DNA of 64,000 nt. Origin: Gammaproteobacteria bacterium. GTDB taxonomy: Bacteria > Pseudomonadota > Gammaproteobacteria > JBCCGL01. The position numbers were made by a program, and so were the translations under genes. The stretch spans positions 2,368,001 through 2,432,000 of the forward strand of contig OZ255836.1 in the NCBI GenBank assembly GCA_965277715.1, written 5' to 3'. This document shows positions 42,403 to 52,509 of the stretch, one piece after another. The notes under the pieces were generated by a model that saw only the letters and a program-made list of their open reading frames with translations, was not told the DNA's origin and made no database searches. Positions within the stretch are counted from its first letter, which is position 1. Each line of letters begins with the position of its first letter.

Positions 42403-43410
42403 TTACATAATTAAACCGGCGTGTAATACAGAAATTCCACTCCCTGATAGTGCAATGTATACCATATCTCCACTAGACAGATTTCGTTTTACCTCAGCTA
42501 AGGATAGGTTAACAGGTAACGTAGCTGAAGTAATATTTCCCAATCTCGGGTATGTGCATGTCATTTTCTTATCAACAATGTCAAATTGCTCAGACAGGAT
42601 TTTAAATGCCTTGCTACCAACTTGGTGTGTCACCATACAATCGATACTTTCACTTTCCCAATCAAGGCTGCTGATAGTTTGCTTATAAAGCTTTTTATGT
42701 AGATCAATAGTCAAGGAGCAAATGCGATTCATTATCATTTGCCCATCAACACCACTTTCGCACATTTTGTAGTAACAGAGATCAGCGTGTCTTCCCAAGG
42801 ATGTGGAACTAAATTTTATAAACCCTGCGCCATTGAATTTAGACCCCATCAACACCGCACCTCCAGCATCTCCGACACTTAGCATACCAACTTTGCGTTT
42901 GAAGGTATATTTACAGCGACACTCCCGCATTTGCCTAATAACTGCCTTACTAACCACACTCGGACGCTCTCCCGTGCATACCAAAGCATATCGCACCGAG
43001 CCGTTGGCGATCATATCATTAGCTATCTGCATCCCTGTAGCAAAGCCCAGGCAAGCGTTCGAGACATCGAAGCATATCCCCTTCAACCCAAGTTTGTGTT
43101 GAATGTAGTGAGCGGTTGACGGTTCTGCGTAGTCTCCCTCGATCCCACAGAATATTATCAGATCGATATAATCAGGGTTGACTCCTGAGTCGTGCAGCGC
43201 CATTTCGCTGGCAGCGATCGCCAGATCGCTCGGTTTTTCATCACTGGCTGAATGGCGCATTTCCAAAATGCCCATTGTGTTCTCTACTATATTGTTTTCC
43301 AGGCCGAAACGGTGAGCGCCGATCTCCTCCACCATCTCTTTCGGTCTAACGCGGGTTTCAGGCAGATATTTGCCGACAGATACGATTCTTGATGACCCAA
43401 GTTGTTGCAT
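42403..43410 (-). CDS. 3-oxoacyl-ACP synthase III family, OleA-like condensing enzyme
   Basis: EPSTA, DVSNACLGF (Cys), HQVG, GNI; AGAGG RBS before ATG 43410. Confidence 0.8.
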   Translation of the reverse strand: MQQLGSSRIVSVGKYLPETRVRPKEMVEEIGAHRFGLENNIVENTMGILEMRHSASDEKPSDLAIAASEMALHDSGVNPDYIDLIIFCGIEGDYAEPSTAHYIQHKLGLKGICFDVSNACLGFATGMQIANDMIANGSVRYALVCTGERPSVVSKAVIRQMRECRCKYTFKRKVGMLSVGDAGGAVLMGSKFNGAGFIKFSSTSLGRHADLCYYKMCESGVDGQMIMNRICSLTIDLHKKLYKQTISSLDWESESIDCMVTHQVGSKAFKILSEQFDIVDKKMTCTYPRLGNITSATLPVNLSLAEVKRNLSSGDMVYIALSGSGISVLHAGLIM

Positions 43411-43739
43411 TTTTACACCTCTTTCACTTTTGCAATTGATATGAAATACCGATTGCACTCCTGAAATTTGGTAAACACCAGTCATTTCGTCTCTGAAATC
43501 GCTACTAACAGGGTAAGGATGATCAGTGCATGCGTGCGAGAATAAAAATAGCAAGAGGAGAAAGGGCATCTGCCCTTTTAGGTCTTAAGCCGTTGCCTTT
43601 CGTTGGAAGGAAAAGCCGACTCAAAAACGGGGTTATACGATTTTCTACCGATGCCTATCCGGTGGCACATCGGCGTTATATCGGTATTGGAGGATGGGTG
43701 GGGCCGGTATTTCCGCCCATCCAGGGGCCTTGGAGCCTG

Positions 43740-43826
43740 CTACAGGTGAAGCTGAAATGCGGGTAAAAGCGCTTTAGATTCAGCGCATTAGGTGGTCGCA
43801 GTAGATTCAACTGCGGAATTTAGGTT
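43740..43826. mobile_element. MITE family A half copy (central palindrome to TIR)
   Basis: Similar to the reverse complement of 5258-5344; ends GATTCAACTGCGGAATTTAGGTT. Confidence 0.82.
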
Positions 43827-43940
43827 CAATATAGGTATGGCCTACCTCATTTCTCCGCTCTGGCAGGTAGGAGAATACCGCGAGCTATAGTTCCAGTTGA
43901 TAAATATTGCCTTCGCTATCGCGTGCTTTTATATCGACGA

Positions 43941-45062
43941 TTAAGTGATGTGTTCAAGCTGTTTAACAAGGTACTGGGCAAAGTCGTAGTTGGGTCGCTC
44001 AAGGTGGCAGAGGTGGCCAGGCCGGGCCAGTGGGGCATTGGCACCGCGAAATACCGCCTCGGTGCCACGCCGGTCTTCACGGTTTACTTCATCGAGCAGG
44101 GTTTTTAATGCGACGATGGACTGCTGCGCCGCCGGGTCGTCGACAAATTCTGGGGATAAACCACCGGCAAAGGTCATGTGTACCTGGCCGGTGCCCCGTG
44201 GTTGCAGGCATAGATACCAAAAATACCCCGGTGTCAGTGTGATTAGGTGGCTGGGATAGAGCGCGATCAACGCGGTGGTTTGCCGCCACTCACCCTGTAG
44301 CCGCCGGTTATCCGGGTGGGCATTGCCAATGGTCAGTGAGGCTTCTTTTTTTATCCAATGGATGTTGTAGTGTGGTTCGCCAGGCGGGCAGTCCATATCG
44401 TCGATGTGCGAGTGCCCGCCCACGGTAGCTTTGTGCAGTACCGGCAGGTGGTAGCTCTCCATAAAATTCTCGGCGAGGATTTTCCAGTTGGTGTGCCACA
44501 CGTGTTCTTCACGAAAGGTTTCTGTGTAGTGCTGAACGGCATAGGGACGGATTTTTTCCTCCAGTGTCGCCAGTTGCTCAGCAACCGGCCTGGCGTGCTG
44601 GTTTAGCGTTAGGTAGATCCACCCCTGCCAAACCTCGATACGCAGCTCAGGCAATGTGTAGTCACACGGCTTAAAGGCCGGGCTGTGTTTCATTTGTGGC
44701 CCACCCAGCAATTGCCCTTGCAGGTTGTAGTGCCAGCCGTGGTACGGGCAGACTATTTTTTCACAGTGGCCAACACCCTCCAGCAATACCGACAAGCGGT
44801 GCAAGCACACATTGGAATAGGCGCGTAGGGTGTTGGTGGTGTCGCGCAGCACGACAACCGGCTGATTGGCTATTTGTGCCGTCAGGTAATCACCGGTATT
44901 TGGCACGGTGGATTCACGGCCAACGCACAGCCATTCCCGGGAAAAGATATGTTGTTGTTCGAGTGCGAGAAAGTCCTCGCAGGTATAGACCTCTGGCGGC
45001 ATGGTGCGCGCCTGCTCGAAAGGCAGGGCGCAGCTCGCACGCAGTGTGTGTAAGGCCGACAC
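43941..45062 (-). CDS. Rieske non-heme iron oxygenase alpha subunit
   Basis: NVCLHR...CPYHGW Rieske motif; NWK...ENF.E.YH....H; start GTG 45062 inferred. Confidence 0.9.
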   Translation of the reverse strand: MSALHTLRASCALPFEQARTMPPEVYTCEDFLALEQQHIFSREWLCVGRESTVPNTGDYLTAQIANQPVVVLRDTTNTLRAYSNVCLHRLSVLLEGVGHCEKIVCPYHGWHYNLQGQLLGGPQMKHSPAFKPCDYTLPELRIEVWQGWIYLTLNQHARPVAEQLATLEEKIRPYAVQHYTETFREEHVWHTNWKILAENFMESYHLPVLHKATVGGHSHIDDMDCPPGEPHYNIHWIKKEASLTIGNAHPDNRRLQGEWRQTTALIALYPSHLITLTPGYFWYLCLQPRGTGQVHMTFAGGLSPEFVDDPAAQQSIVALKTLLDEVNREDRRGTEAVFRGANAPLARPGHLCHLERPNYDFAQYLVKQLEHIT

Positions 45063-45076
45063 GGGCGGGGTGCCAA

Positions 45077-45499
45077 CTACCGGGCGGCGTCTGGAATCAT
45101 CGCCGTGGCGTCGACTTCCACCAGCCACTCCGGGCGTGCCAGTTTGGAAATCACCACGCCGGTCGACACCGGAAACACGCCTTTTAACCATTTGCCAATC
45201 ACCCGGTACACCGGTTCACGGTAGATGGGGTCGACGATGTAGATCACCAGCTTGCAGATATGGTTCAGCTCACTGCCCGCCTCTTCCAGCAACAGGGCGA
45301 TATTGGCCATGGCTTTTTCGGTTTGCGCTTCGATATCCCCCACGCCAATATTTTCCCGGGTGTCCAGATCCTGGCCAATCTGCCCGCGCAAGAACACCAT
45401 CGTGCCCCTGGCGACGACTGCCTGGCACAGATCATTGTCCAGATTTTGCTCGGGGTAGGTTTCTTTGGTATTGAATTTTCTGATGCGTTGGTGTGCCAT
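45077..45499 (-). CDS. RidA family protein
   Basis: FLRGQIG, AQT..AM.NI..LL..AG, P.STG, LVEVDA. Confidence 0.9.
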   Translation of the reverse strand: MAHQRIRKFNTKETYPEQNLDNDLCQAVVARGTMVFLRGQIGQDLDTRENIGVGDIEAQTEKAMANIALLLEEAGSELNHICKLVIYIVDPIYREPVYRVIGKWLKGVFPVSTGVVISKLARPEWLVEVDATAMIPDAAR

Positions 45500-45501
45500 G
45501 T

Positions 45502-46953
45502 TTATTTCTGCCCGTACACACTGTCCGATAAATCGGCGGCATTTTTAACAAAATCCAGCGGGCCATCCCAACCAAAATTGCGGTACACCGCTGCCAGGTG
45601 CGCAAACGGGGGCGACTGGGCAAACAGATGGAAGGTCAGGCGGTGCCCGGCGTAGCCGGAGTTGAGCAGGTCGCGGGCAAACGCCAGCAGTTTGCGCCGG
45701 TCTGCGGATTGCCAGCTTTCGTTGATTGAATAGTATTTATCCAGCCATTTACCGGATTCCTCTCCTTCAAAGGAGGCGATGTCCGGGGTGACACAAATTT
45801 GCCCACCGCACAATTCACGGGCCAGGTGCATCATCGCGGGCAGGTTGGAGACGGCGTGCACACGGCCAGTCATCAGCATCGATTGATTCGGCATAAAAAA
45901 CCCACCGGGGCTGGTTTCACCAAGTGCTACAGCAGCGGTTAAGTGTGCATTGATGCCTTCGCGGTAGACGGCGAGCTGGGCGAGCTTTTCCTGCACGGCG
46001 GGTTGTTTTTCCAGGCCGGTTTGTTTGACGTTCCACAAGGCCGCGCCAATCATCATGTCGGCGTAGGTGATTAATCGCTGTACAAAGGGCATCGCCGAAT
46101 AGCGGTGCAGGGTGGTGCGGATAAAGGCGGCGGCGCGGGTGTGTTGGTAAAACAGCACGTCTTCCCACGGAACCAACACATCGTCGAGAATCATAATGGT
46201 GTCTACTTCGTCAAATTTGTTCGACAGCGGGTAATCCGCAGGTGAATTGACGCCGGCAAAACCGCCACGACAAATATGCTTAACGCCGGGGGCATTCATT
46301 TTGACGATACAGCCGAGCGCGTAATCAGAGATTGATGCATCCCCCCAATTGGCAATCGTCGGTTTTAAAAAGCCCTGATTGGAATAGGCGGCGGCTGTTT
46401 CGTATTTGGCACCACGGATAATAATGCCCGCACCGGTTTCCCGCACCACATGGGTGAGCATGTCGGGGTCTTGATCCTGCGGGCGCAGCGAGCGGTCACC
46501 TTTTGGGTCTGTATTGGCCGAGACATGAAACGGGTCATTTTCCACAGCCAGCTTAATGTGTTGGTTGATGTTTTTGGCAAAGCGCGGGTCGATCTCGTTG
46601 AGGATATCGGCACCGTCTGCCAGTGACCACATCTCACCCACGGTTTCATCACCGACACGCGTCACCACGCCGCCAATATCTTTCATCACGGTATCGACGG
46701 ATACGCGCTTATCGTGCCAGTGTTGTTGATTGCGCGGGATGCGGTTGCCGGTGGGAAAGCGCTCTCCCCCCTCTTCAAAGGTCATCACTGCCTGGGTTGC
46801 CGGGTCGTGTTGCATATCGTAGATACGCGCCCGCACGTCAATCAGTGGTTTGAATTTGGGGTGGGTGGTCACGTCATCGACGCGCTGACCATCCATATAC
46901 ACCTCGCGTCCGTCACGTAGGGACTCGCGGTATTCATCGCCGGTTCTAATCAT
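45502..46953 (-). CDS. 4-hydroxyphenylacetate 3-monooxygenase (HpaB)-family flavin monooxygenase
   Basis: RTG.EY.ESLRDGREVY..G..V.DVT.HP, DPKGDRS, GAK, PLS..FDE.D. Confidence 0.85.
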   Translation of the reverse strand: MIRTGDEYRESLRDGREVYMDGQRVDDVTTHPKFKPLIDVRARIYDMQHDPATQAVMTFEEGGERFPTGNRIPRNQQHWHDKRVSVDTVMKDIGGVVTRVGDETVGEMWSLADGADILNEIDPRFAKNINQHIKLAVENDPFHVSANTDPKGDRSLRPQDQDPDMLTHVVRETGAGIIIRGAKYETAAAYSNQGFLKPTIANWGDASISDYALGCIVKMNAPGVKHICRGGFAGVNSPADYPLSNKFDEVDTIMILDDVLVPWEDVLFYQHTRAAAFIRTTLHRYSAMPFVQRLITYADMMIGAALWNVKQTGLEKQPAVQEKLAQLAVYREGINAHLTAAVALGETSPGGFFMPNQSMLMTGRVHAVSNLPAMMHLARELCGGQICVTPDIASFEGEESGKWLDKYYSINESWQSADRRKLLAFARDLLNSGYAGHRLTFHLFAQSPPFAHLAAVYRNFGWDGPLDFVKNAADLSDSVYGQK

Positions 46954-47085
46954 ATTGACCTCTATTTTGTTGTTAAAACCCTATTCATTTGGAAGGGTCG
47001 TTCATCGACTGGCAAACCGGGATTTTTCGCTTTCCCAATAGATATGTAAAATAGTATTTTTTGTAATAGTAGATAGATTTTTATT

Positions 47086-47985
47086 ATGTTGTATACATTG
47101 CGTCAATTACAACACCTGGTGGCGATTGCCGACAGTGGCCGTATCTCGGCGGCCGCCAGAGAATTGCACCTTTCCCAACCGGCCCTGTCTGCCTCTTTGC
47201 AACAACTGGAAAGCGCCTGTGGCACCGATCTGTTTGTACGCCACAAGGCACGCGGGGTCAGCCTGACGAACAGCGGTCGCAATCTGGTTGTCGAGGCGCG
47301 TAAATTAATCACGCATGCACTGGAACTGGAAAATTATATCAGCCACCTGGATGACACTATCGATGGGCGTATCGAAATCGGTTGTTTCACCACCCTGGCC
47401 CCCTTGTGGATACCGCGTATGCTGGTGGCGTTGCGCAGCCGCTACCCCACGCTGGAAGTGGGTATTCACGAGGGTGACATCAGAGAATTGCAAGCGGCTA
47501 TCCTGGATGGGCGGATTGAAACGGCCTTGAGTTATGACATTGATATACCCGACAGCCTGCAATCGACGCCGCTGGAAAAAATGGAAACCTATGCGCTGTT
47601 GAGTAAACACCACCCACTGGCCGGGCACAGCCAACTCTCGCTGGCGCAACTGCGCAATGACCCGTTGGTGTTATTGGATTTACCGCATAGCCGCGAGTAT
47701 TTCCAATCGGTATTTGATGCAGTGGGGTTTTCGCCGCTGGTCGCCCATCGTACAGCCAGCTTTGAAATGGTACGGTGTATGGTTGCCAATGGGCATGGGT
47801 ATTCGGTGTTGAACCAAAAACTGGCTACGCCGATCAGTTATGACGGTGGGCAGTTGGTGATGAAGCCACTGACCGATAAATTACCGGCGCTCAATGTGGT
47901 TTTATTGTTTTTGCGTGAGACGCGTTTAACGCGGCGCACGCAGGCGGTGATTACATTTTGTCAGGCGTTTTATTGTGGGCAGTAA
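47086..47985 (+). CDS. LysR-family regulator, divergent from the catabolic operon
   Basis: TLRQL..., SQPALS...LE, LF.R. Confidence 0.95.
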   Translation: MLYTLRQLQHLVAIADSGRISAAARELHLSQPALSASLQQLESACGTDLFVRHKARGVSLTNSGRNLVVEARKLITHALELENYISHLDDTIDGRIEIGCFTTLAPLWIPRMLVALRSRYPTLEVGIHEGDIRELQAAILDGRIETALSYDIDIPDSLQSTPLEKMETYALLSKHHPLAGHSQLSLAQLRNDPLVLLDLPHSREYFQSVFDAVGFSPLVAHRTASFEMVRCMVANGHGYSVLNQKLATPISYDGGQLVMKPLTDKLPALNVVLLFLRETRLTRRTQAVITFCQAFYCGQ

Positions 47986-47995
47986 AAATTTCTCA

Positions 47996-48883
47996 TCACA
48001 ACCAATTCACACCAAAAACTCTATTTCTATACTTCCAGGGTGGGGTATCTCGCAACTGCTTTTCTGTATACACCTTTAATAAGGTATCTCCAAATGTTGA
48101 AATGCCTTTCTGAAGCCCTTTTTCATATTGGAAGTGCCACCATTCAGCTCCTAGCCACGTACCACCAGTCAAAAATGATCGTCTTGCGCGAATCCTCTTG
48201 AACCCCTCACGTTCGAACAACCCGGTAACATCAACAAACTTCCCAGTAACTGATTTGGGGGATTTTCTAGAACCGTAGGTAATAGCATCTAATTCCATTT
48301 CTGTTCCACCCTCGGCTTTTACAAATACCCGCCAATAACGATCACCCTCGGAAACGATAATAAATGGATTACTTCTTGTATTCTCCATGCCACTTCCAAC
48401 AAACAAATCTAATGCTAGCCCTGTATAGTGAAATGACGTGGCACTTCTCGACGAGCTAACGTGGGCATTTAACGACCTCCTTGCCCCCGAGCTTGTCAAT
48501 ACGCCTCCTGCCTCGCTCAGCTTTTCACGAACATTTAGATATGCTTTAGCGGCATCTTCCCGTAGAAAGAATCGATCATATCCATCACGGTATTTATCAG
48601 CGGGAACACGCGTCCACTCCATCAACTTGTCATCAGCATTATGAGTGGAAAAGGGAAGTATTTGCTCATCAAGTTCAACTTCCAGCGCTTTTCTCAATGC
48701 CCTTTCGGTGTTTTCACCAACAACGCCATCTGCATATAAGTTGTGATCCTCTTGGAACTCTACCACTGCCTTTTCAGATTTATTACCAAAAATACCGTCT
48801 ATTTTTCCTACCTTATAACCCAACTTGTCAAGTGCTTCTTGTAAACTTTTTACCCGCTCACCTTTACTTCCACTCTTAATCAT
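47996..48883 (-). CDS. Peptidoglycan-binding domain plus M15-type peptidase (endolysin-like)
   Basis: PG_binding_1 (V..LQ..L, DGIFG, FQ..H.L..DG.VG..T); SFH..G.A.D and EWWHFQ. Confidence 0.8.
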   Translation of the reverse strand: MIKSGSKGERVKSLQEALDKLGYKVGKIDGIFGNKSEKAVVEFQEDHNLYADGVVGENTERALRKALEVELDEQILPFSTHNADDKLMEWTRVPADKYRDGYDRFFLREDAAKAYLNVREKLSEAGGVLTSSGARRSLNAHVSSSRSATSFHYTGLALDLFVGSGMENTRSNPFIIVSEGDRYWRVFVKAEGGTEMELDAITYGSRKSPKSVTGKFVDVTGLFEREGFKRIRARRSFLTGGTWLGAEWWHFQYEKGLQKGISTFGDTLLKVYTEKQLRDTPPWKYRNRVFGVNWL

Positions 48884-49428
48884 TACTCATCTCTTGTTTG
48901 ATTTTTGTGTTTGCTAACACCTTTGGAAATGGCACAGCTTTATCGCGCCCACTCACCAAATTTTTTATGAAAACAACCCTACAAAATATTAACTTGCTGT
49001 TAAAACAGCCTTGATTCCGAGAATGTCTTTTTCCTAGGCACTACTTATTCATAACAATTAATATCAGGCCAATTTGCCCTGATAAGTTGATATTATCTGG
49101 AAAATCAGGCAAGCCAAAATTATAAAACTTACCCACACTTATAGGAAAACAGGACAAATCTGTCAACTTCAACAAAGGATAAAAAAACTGCTTAAAAAAA
49201 TTCGTGATCCCATCAAACATTTCCATTACTCTATTTATACCGAGCGTACTCACTGAGGGGTTTCTGCAGCATTTAGCCATAAAAGCCAATGTGGCTGTGG
49301 CCACGCCAAGCCAAGCCAGGCCAGGCATTTAATGCCTCAATTTTTTATATACCCATGTATGGGGCTAAAATCAAAGGCTTAGGCCATCAGGATATTGGTG
49401 AACTGGCCAGCATCAGCTCGACCACATT

Positions 49429-49457
49429 GATGCGGTTCGTTGTTCACCGCATCCTAT
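49429..49457 (-). repeat. REP-like palindrome
   Basis: (-) ATAG-GATGCGGT-GAACAACGA-ACCGCATC: tetranucleotide foot followed by a GC stem. Confidence 0.5.
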
Positions 49458-49466
49458 GTGCTGCTT

Positions 49467-49510
49467 AAGGTTATCTTTCCAGGTTTATCTTCCCAGGTTT
49501 ATCTTCCTTG
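49467..49510. repeat. Short 14-bp tandem repeat (~3 copies)
   Basis: CAGGTTTATCTTCC units. Confidence 0.7.
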
Positions 49511-49708
49511 GGTTATTTATTCTATCTGCTTGCCCTACGGTAAAATCGTTCTTACCACTCACATCCCTGCCGCGTATCTGGAAAAATGGCCGCTTGCCGT
49601 AGTCGTGCACTGCGTGTGCCTGTCCCATCGCCTGCCGATCTGCTGTTCGCTTAGGTGATGAGAAGGGCTAGGCATGCGGATTTACTCTTGCAGTTGGATG
49701 TGAAGGAA

Positions 49709-51589
49709 CTAATTATCCTCCAGCTCCCCCCAGCGGGAATACAATAACGGCAGCTGAGCCTCCAGCTCGCTATAACGCTGCTGCACCTTGGCCACTGCCT
49801 CCGCACCCTGTTTATAAAAATCCGCCTGGCTCATTGCCGATTCGAGCATGGACTGCTCATTTTCCAGTTGTTCAATTTTTTCCGGAAGTGCATCCAATTC
49901 ACATTGGTGTTTGTAGCTTCGTTTTTTAGTGGCGGTTTTTTGCTTTGATATTTGCTGTGGCCTTTGTCGTGTTTGGGCCGGTTTAGCCTGGGCAGCAGGT
50001 GCGGCTGTTTTTGCGGCTTGTTGGCGCAGCCAATCGTTATACCCACCCACATAATCCCCCACACAACCGCCACCTTCGAGCACCAGTGTGCTGGTAACAA
50101 TGTTATCGATAAATTCACGGTCGTGGCTAACCAACAACAATGTGCCCTGGTAGTTGAGCAGTTGTTCTTCAAGCAGTTCCAGGGTTTCGATGTCGAGGTC
50201 GTTGGTTGGCTCATCCATCACCAATACATTCGAGGACTGGGTAAATAATTTTGCCAATAACAGCCGGTTTCTCTCCCCACCCGATAACGCTTTAATCGGT
50301 GAGCGCGCCCGCTTTGGTGAGAACAGAAAATCTTGCATATAACTGATAATGTGTTTGGGCTTGCCGTTGATGGTGATGGTTTCAGCGCCACCACCCACAT
50401 TATCCTGCGCTGTTTGATTGGGGTCGAGCTGCGCACGCATTTGATCAAAGTAAGCAAATTCGATGTTGGTACCCAGCTTGACACTGCCCGCATCGGCATC
50501 CAGTTGACCCAATAACAGGTTAATCAGTGTGGTCTTGCCCGCACCGTTTGGCCCGACTATCCCCACTTTATCGCCGCGCAGGATGGTCGTACTAAAATTA
50601 TCGACCAGTGTTTTGCCCGCAATGGCGTAGCAGAGATCGTGTGTTTCGATCACGATTTTGCCGGATTTATTGCCCTGCTGGGCCGTAATAGTTGCAGTGC
50701 CGGTGCGGTCGCGGCGCGCGGCGCGCTGTGCACGCAGTTTTTTCAGGTCACGCACACGGCCTTCGTTGCGGGTGCGGCGCGCTTTAATGCCCTGGCGAAT
50801 CCAGACTTCTTCACGCGCCAGCTTTTTGTCAAACTCGGCCTGGTGTTTTTCTTCAGCGTCGAGTGCGGCTTGTTTTTTAACCAAGAAATTATCGTAATCA
50901 CCGGGCCAACTGGTGACCTTGCCCCGGTCGATTTCCAGAATGCGCGTCGCCAGACGGCGCAGAAAAGCGCGATCATGGGTAATAAACAGCAGAGTGCCAT
51001 TGAAGTCGTGGAGAAATTTCTCCAGCCAATCGATGGCGTCAATATCCAGGTGGTTGGTCGGCTCATCGAGTAACAAAATATCGGGCTGGCCGACCAGCGC
51101 ACGCGCCAACAGCGCACGGCGTTTTAAGCCACCAGAGAGCGTTTCAAAGAGAGTGTTACCATCCAGTTGCAGCCGGGAGAGCACCGTTTCGACCCGCTGT
51201 TCAGCCCCCCAGCCATCCAGCGCATCGATGCGTGATTGCAGCTTATCGAGCTTATCGAGCGATTCGCCGGCTTCGATAACCTGGTAATACGCTTCGAGTA
51301 AATCACCGATTTCACCCAGCGCCGACATGACGATGGCCTTGATTGTGCCGGTCAAATCAGTGGGTACTTCCTGTTCTAACTGCGCCACTTTCAAGCCCTG
51401 GCGCCGACTGATTTCGCCGCTATCTGCTGTGATCGTGCCATTGATCACTCGCAGCAAAGTCGATTTACCCTCGCCATTGCGACCCACCAAGCACACGCGC
51501 TCAGCACTGTCGAGATTTAAACTGACACCATCAAGCAGTGGCGGGCCACCAAAACCAATACCGATATTGTGCAAACGGATGAGTGACAT
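49709..51589 (-). CDS. uup: ABC-F ATPase Uup
   Basis: Two ABC domains, WIRQGIKARRTRNEGRVR linker, C-terminal coiled coil. Confidence 0.95.
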   Translation of the reverse strand: MSLIRLHNIGIGFGGPPLLDGVSLNLDSAERVCLVGRNGEGKSTLLRVINGTITADSGEISRRQGLKVAQLEQEVPTDLTGTIKAIVMSALGEIGDLLEAYYQVIEAGESLDKLDKLQSRIDALDGWGAEQRVETVLSRLQLDGNTLFETLSGGLKRRALLARALVGQPDILLLDEPTNHLDIDAIDWLEKFLHDFNGTLLFITHDRAFLRRLATRILEIDRGKVTSWPGDYDNFLVKKQAALDAEEKHQAEFDKKLAREEVWIRQGIKARRTRNEGRVRDLKKLRAQRAARRDRTGTATITAQQGNKSGKIVIETHDLCYAIAGKTLVDNFSTTILRGDKVGIVGPNGAGKTTLINLLLGQLDADAGSVKLGTNIEFAYFDQMRAQLDPNQTAQDNVGGGAETITINGKPKHIISYMQDFLFSPKRARSPIKALSGGERNRLLLAKLFTQSSNVLVMDEPTNDLDIETLELLEEQLLNYQGTLLLVSHDREFIDNIVTSTLVLEGGGCVGDYVGGYNDWLRQQAAKTAAPAAQAKPAQTRQRPQQISKQKTATKKRSYKHQCELDALPEKIEQLENEQSMLESAMSQADFYKQGAEAVAKVQQRYSELEAQLPLLYSRWGELEDN

Positions 51590-51810
51590 TATCTAACCGT
51601 GGGTAAAAAGGGGCGCTACTGTAGCGGTTGGTATGGCTATTTGTCCACATCACAAATAACGGTTCTAGAACTCATGTATTGACTTGTGTGCAAGTCAATA
51701 CATGAGGCCTGGCAAATAACATCTTGGGCAAATAACCGCCTGGGCTTGCAAAACCTGATTTGCATCACCAATTAGAAGCATCACCGCACAATAACTCTGG
51801 AGTCACTATC

Positions 51811-52509
51811 GTGATCACCCTGCGAAAAAGCAATGAGCGTGGCCAGGCCGACCACGGCTGGCTGCAGGCACAACACACATTTTCATTTTCCGGCTACCAG
51901 GATCCGGCGCATACACACTTCCGGCACTTGCGCGTTATCAACGAAGACCGCATCGCTCCTGGCCAGGGTTTTCCGATGCACTCGCACGAAGACATGGAAA
52001 TTATTACCTACATCATCGACGGCGCCTTGGCACACAAAGACGATATGGGCAATGGAGAAGTATTGCGCCCCGGTGAGATCCAACGAATGAGCGCGGGCAC
52101 GGGTATTAGCCACAGCGAATTCAACCCATCGCAAAAAGATCCTACGCACTTATTACAAATGTGGGTTTTTACCGAAGAAAAAGGCATTGCACCGAGTTAC
52201 CAACAGCAGTCTTTTATCGACCGCCACCAACCCAATACGCTGTGCCTGATCGCTAAAAAAGGCGGACAGGACGGTGTAGTACACATCAATCAGGATATCG
52301 CACTGTACTGCGCTGTGCTCGAAGCGGGTCACACGATTGAACACCCTGTTATGGTAGATAGGCATAGTTGGGTGCAAATAGTGCGAGGGTCGTTAGTACT
52401 GAACGGTGTCACCTTGCAGGCAGGGGATGGTGCGGCGGTGAGTGAAGAACCATTGTTGTCATTTAGCGCTGGTGATGACAGTGAGTTTTTGTTGTTTGAT
52501 TTGGCTTAA
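51811..52509 (+). CDS. Pirin family protein (YhhW-like)
   Basis: HGWL...HTFSF, LRVINED, HSH.DMEI, HSEFN. Confidence 0.93.
   Translation: MITLRKSNERGQADHGWLQAQHTFSFSGYQDPAHTHFRHLRVINEDRIAPGQGFPMHSHEDMEIITYIIDGALAHKDDMGNGEVLRPGEIQRMSAGTGISHSEFNPSQKDPTHLLQMWVFTEEKGIAPSYQQQSFIDRHQPNTLCLIAKKGGQDGVVHINQDIALYCAVLEAGHTIEHPVMVDRHSWVQIVRGSLVLNGVTLQAGDGAAVSEEPLLSFSAGDDSEFLLFDLA

Noticed and set aside
43560-43640. c-di-GMP-I riboswitch upstream of the oleA-like gene
   Set aside because: The GGCAAACC...GAAA...GACGCAAAG consensus is not matched; kept only as a generic structured leader
49467-49510. Tandem repeat as a mini CRISPR
   Set aside because: Contiguous 14-bp units with no spacers
49041-49658. 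Short ORFs between the peptidase gene and uup
   Set aside because: No recognisable motifs or RBS; one overlaps repeats
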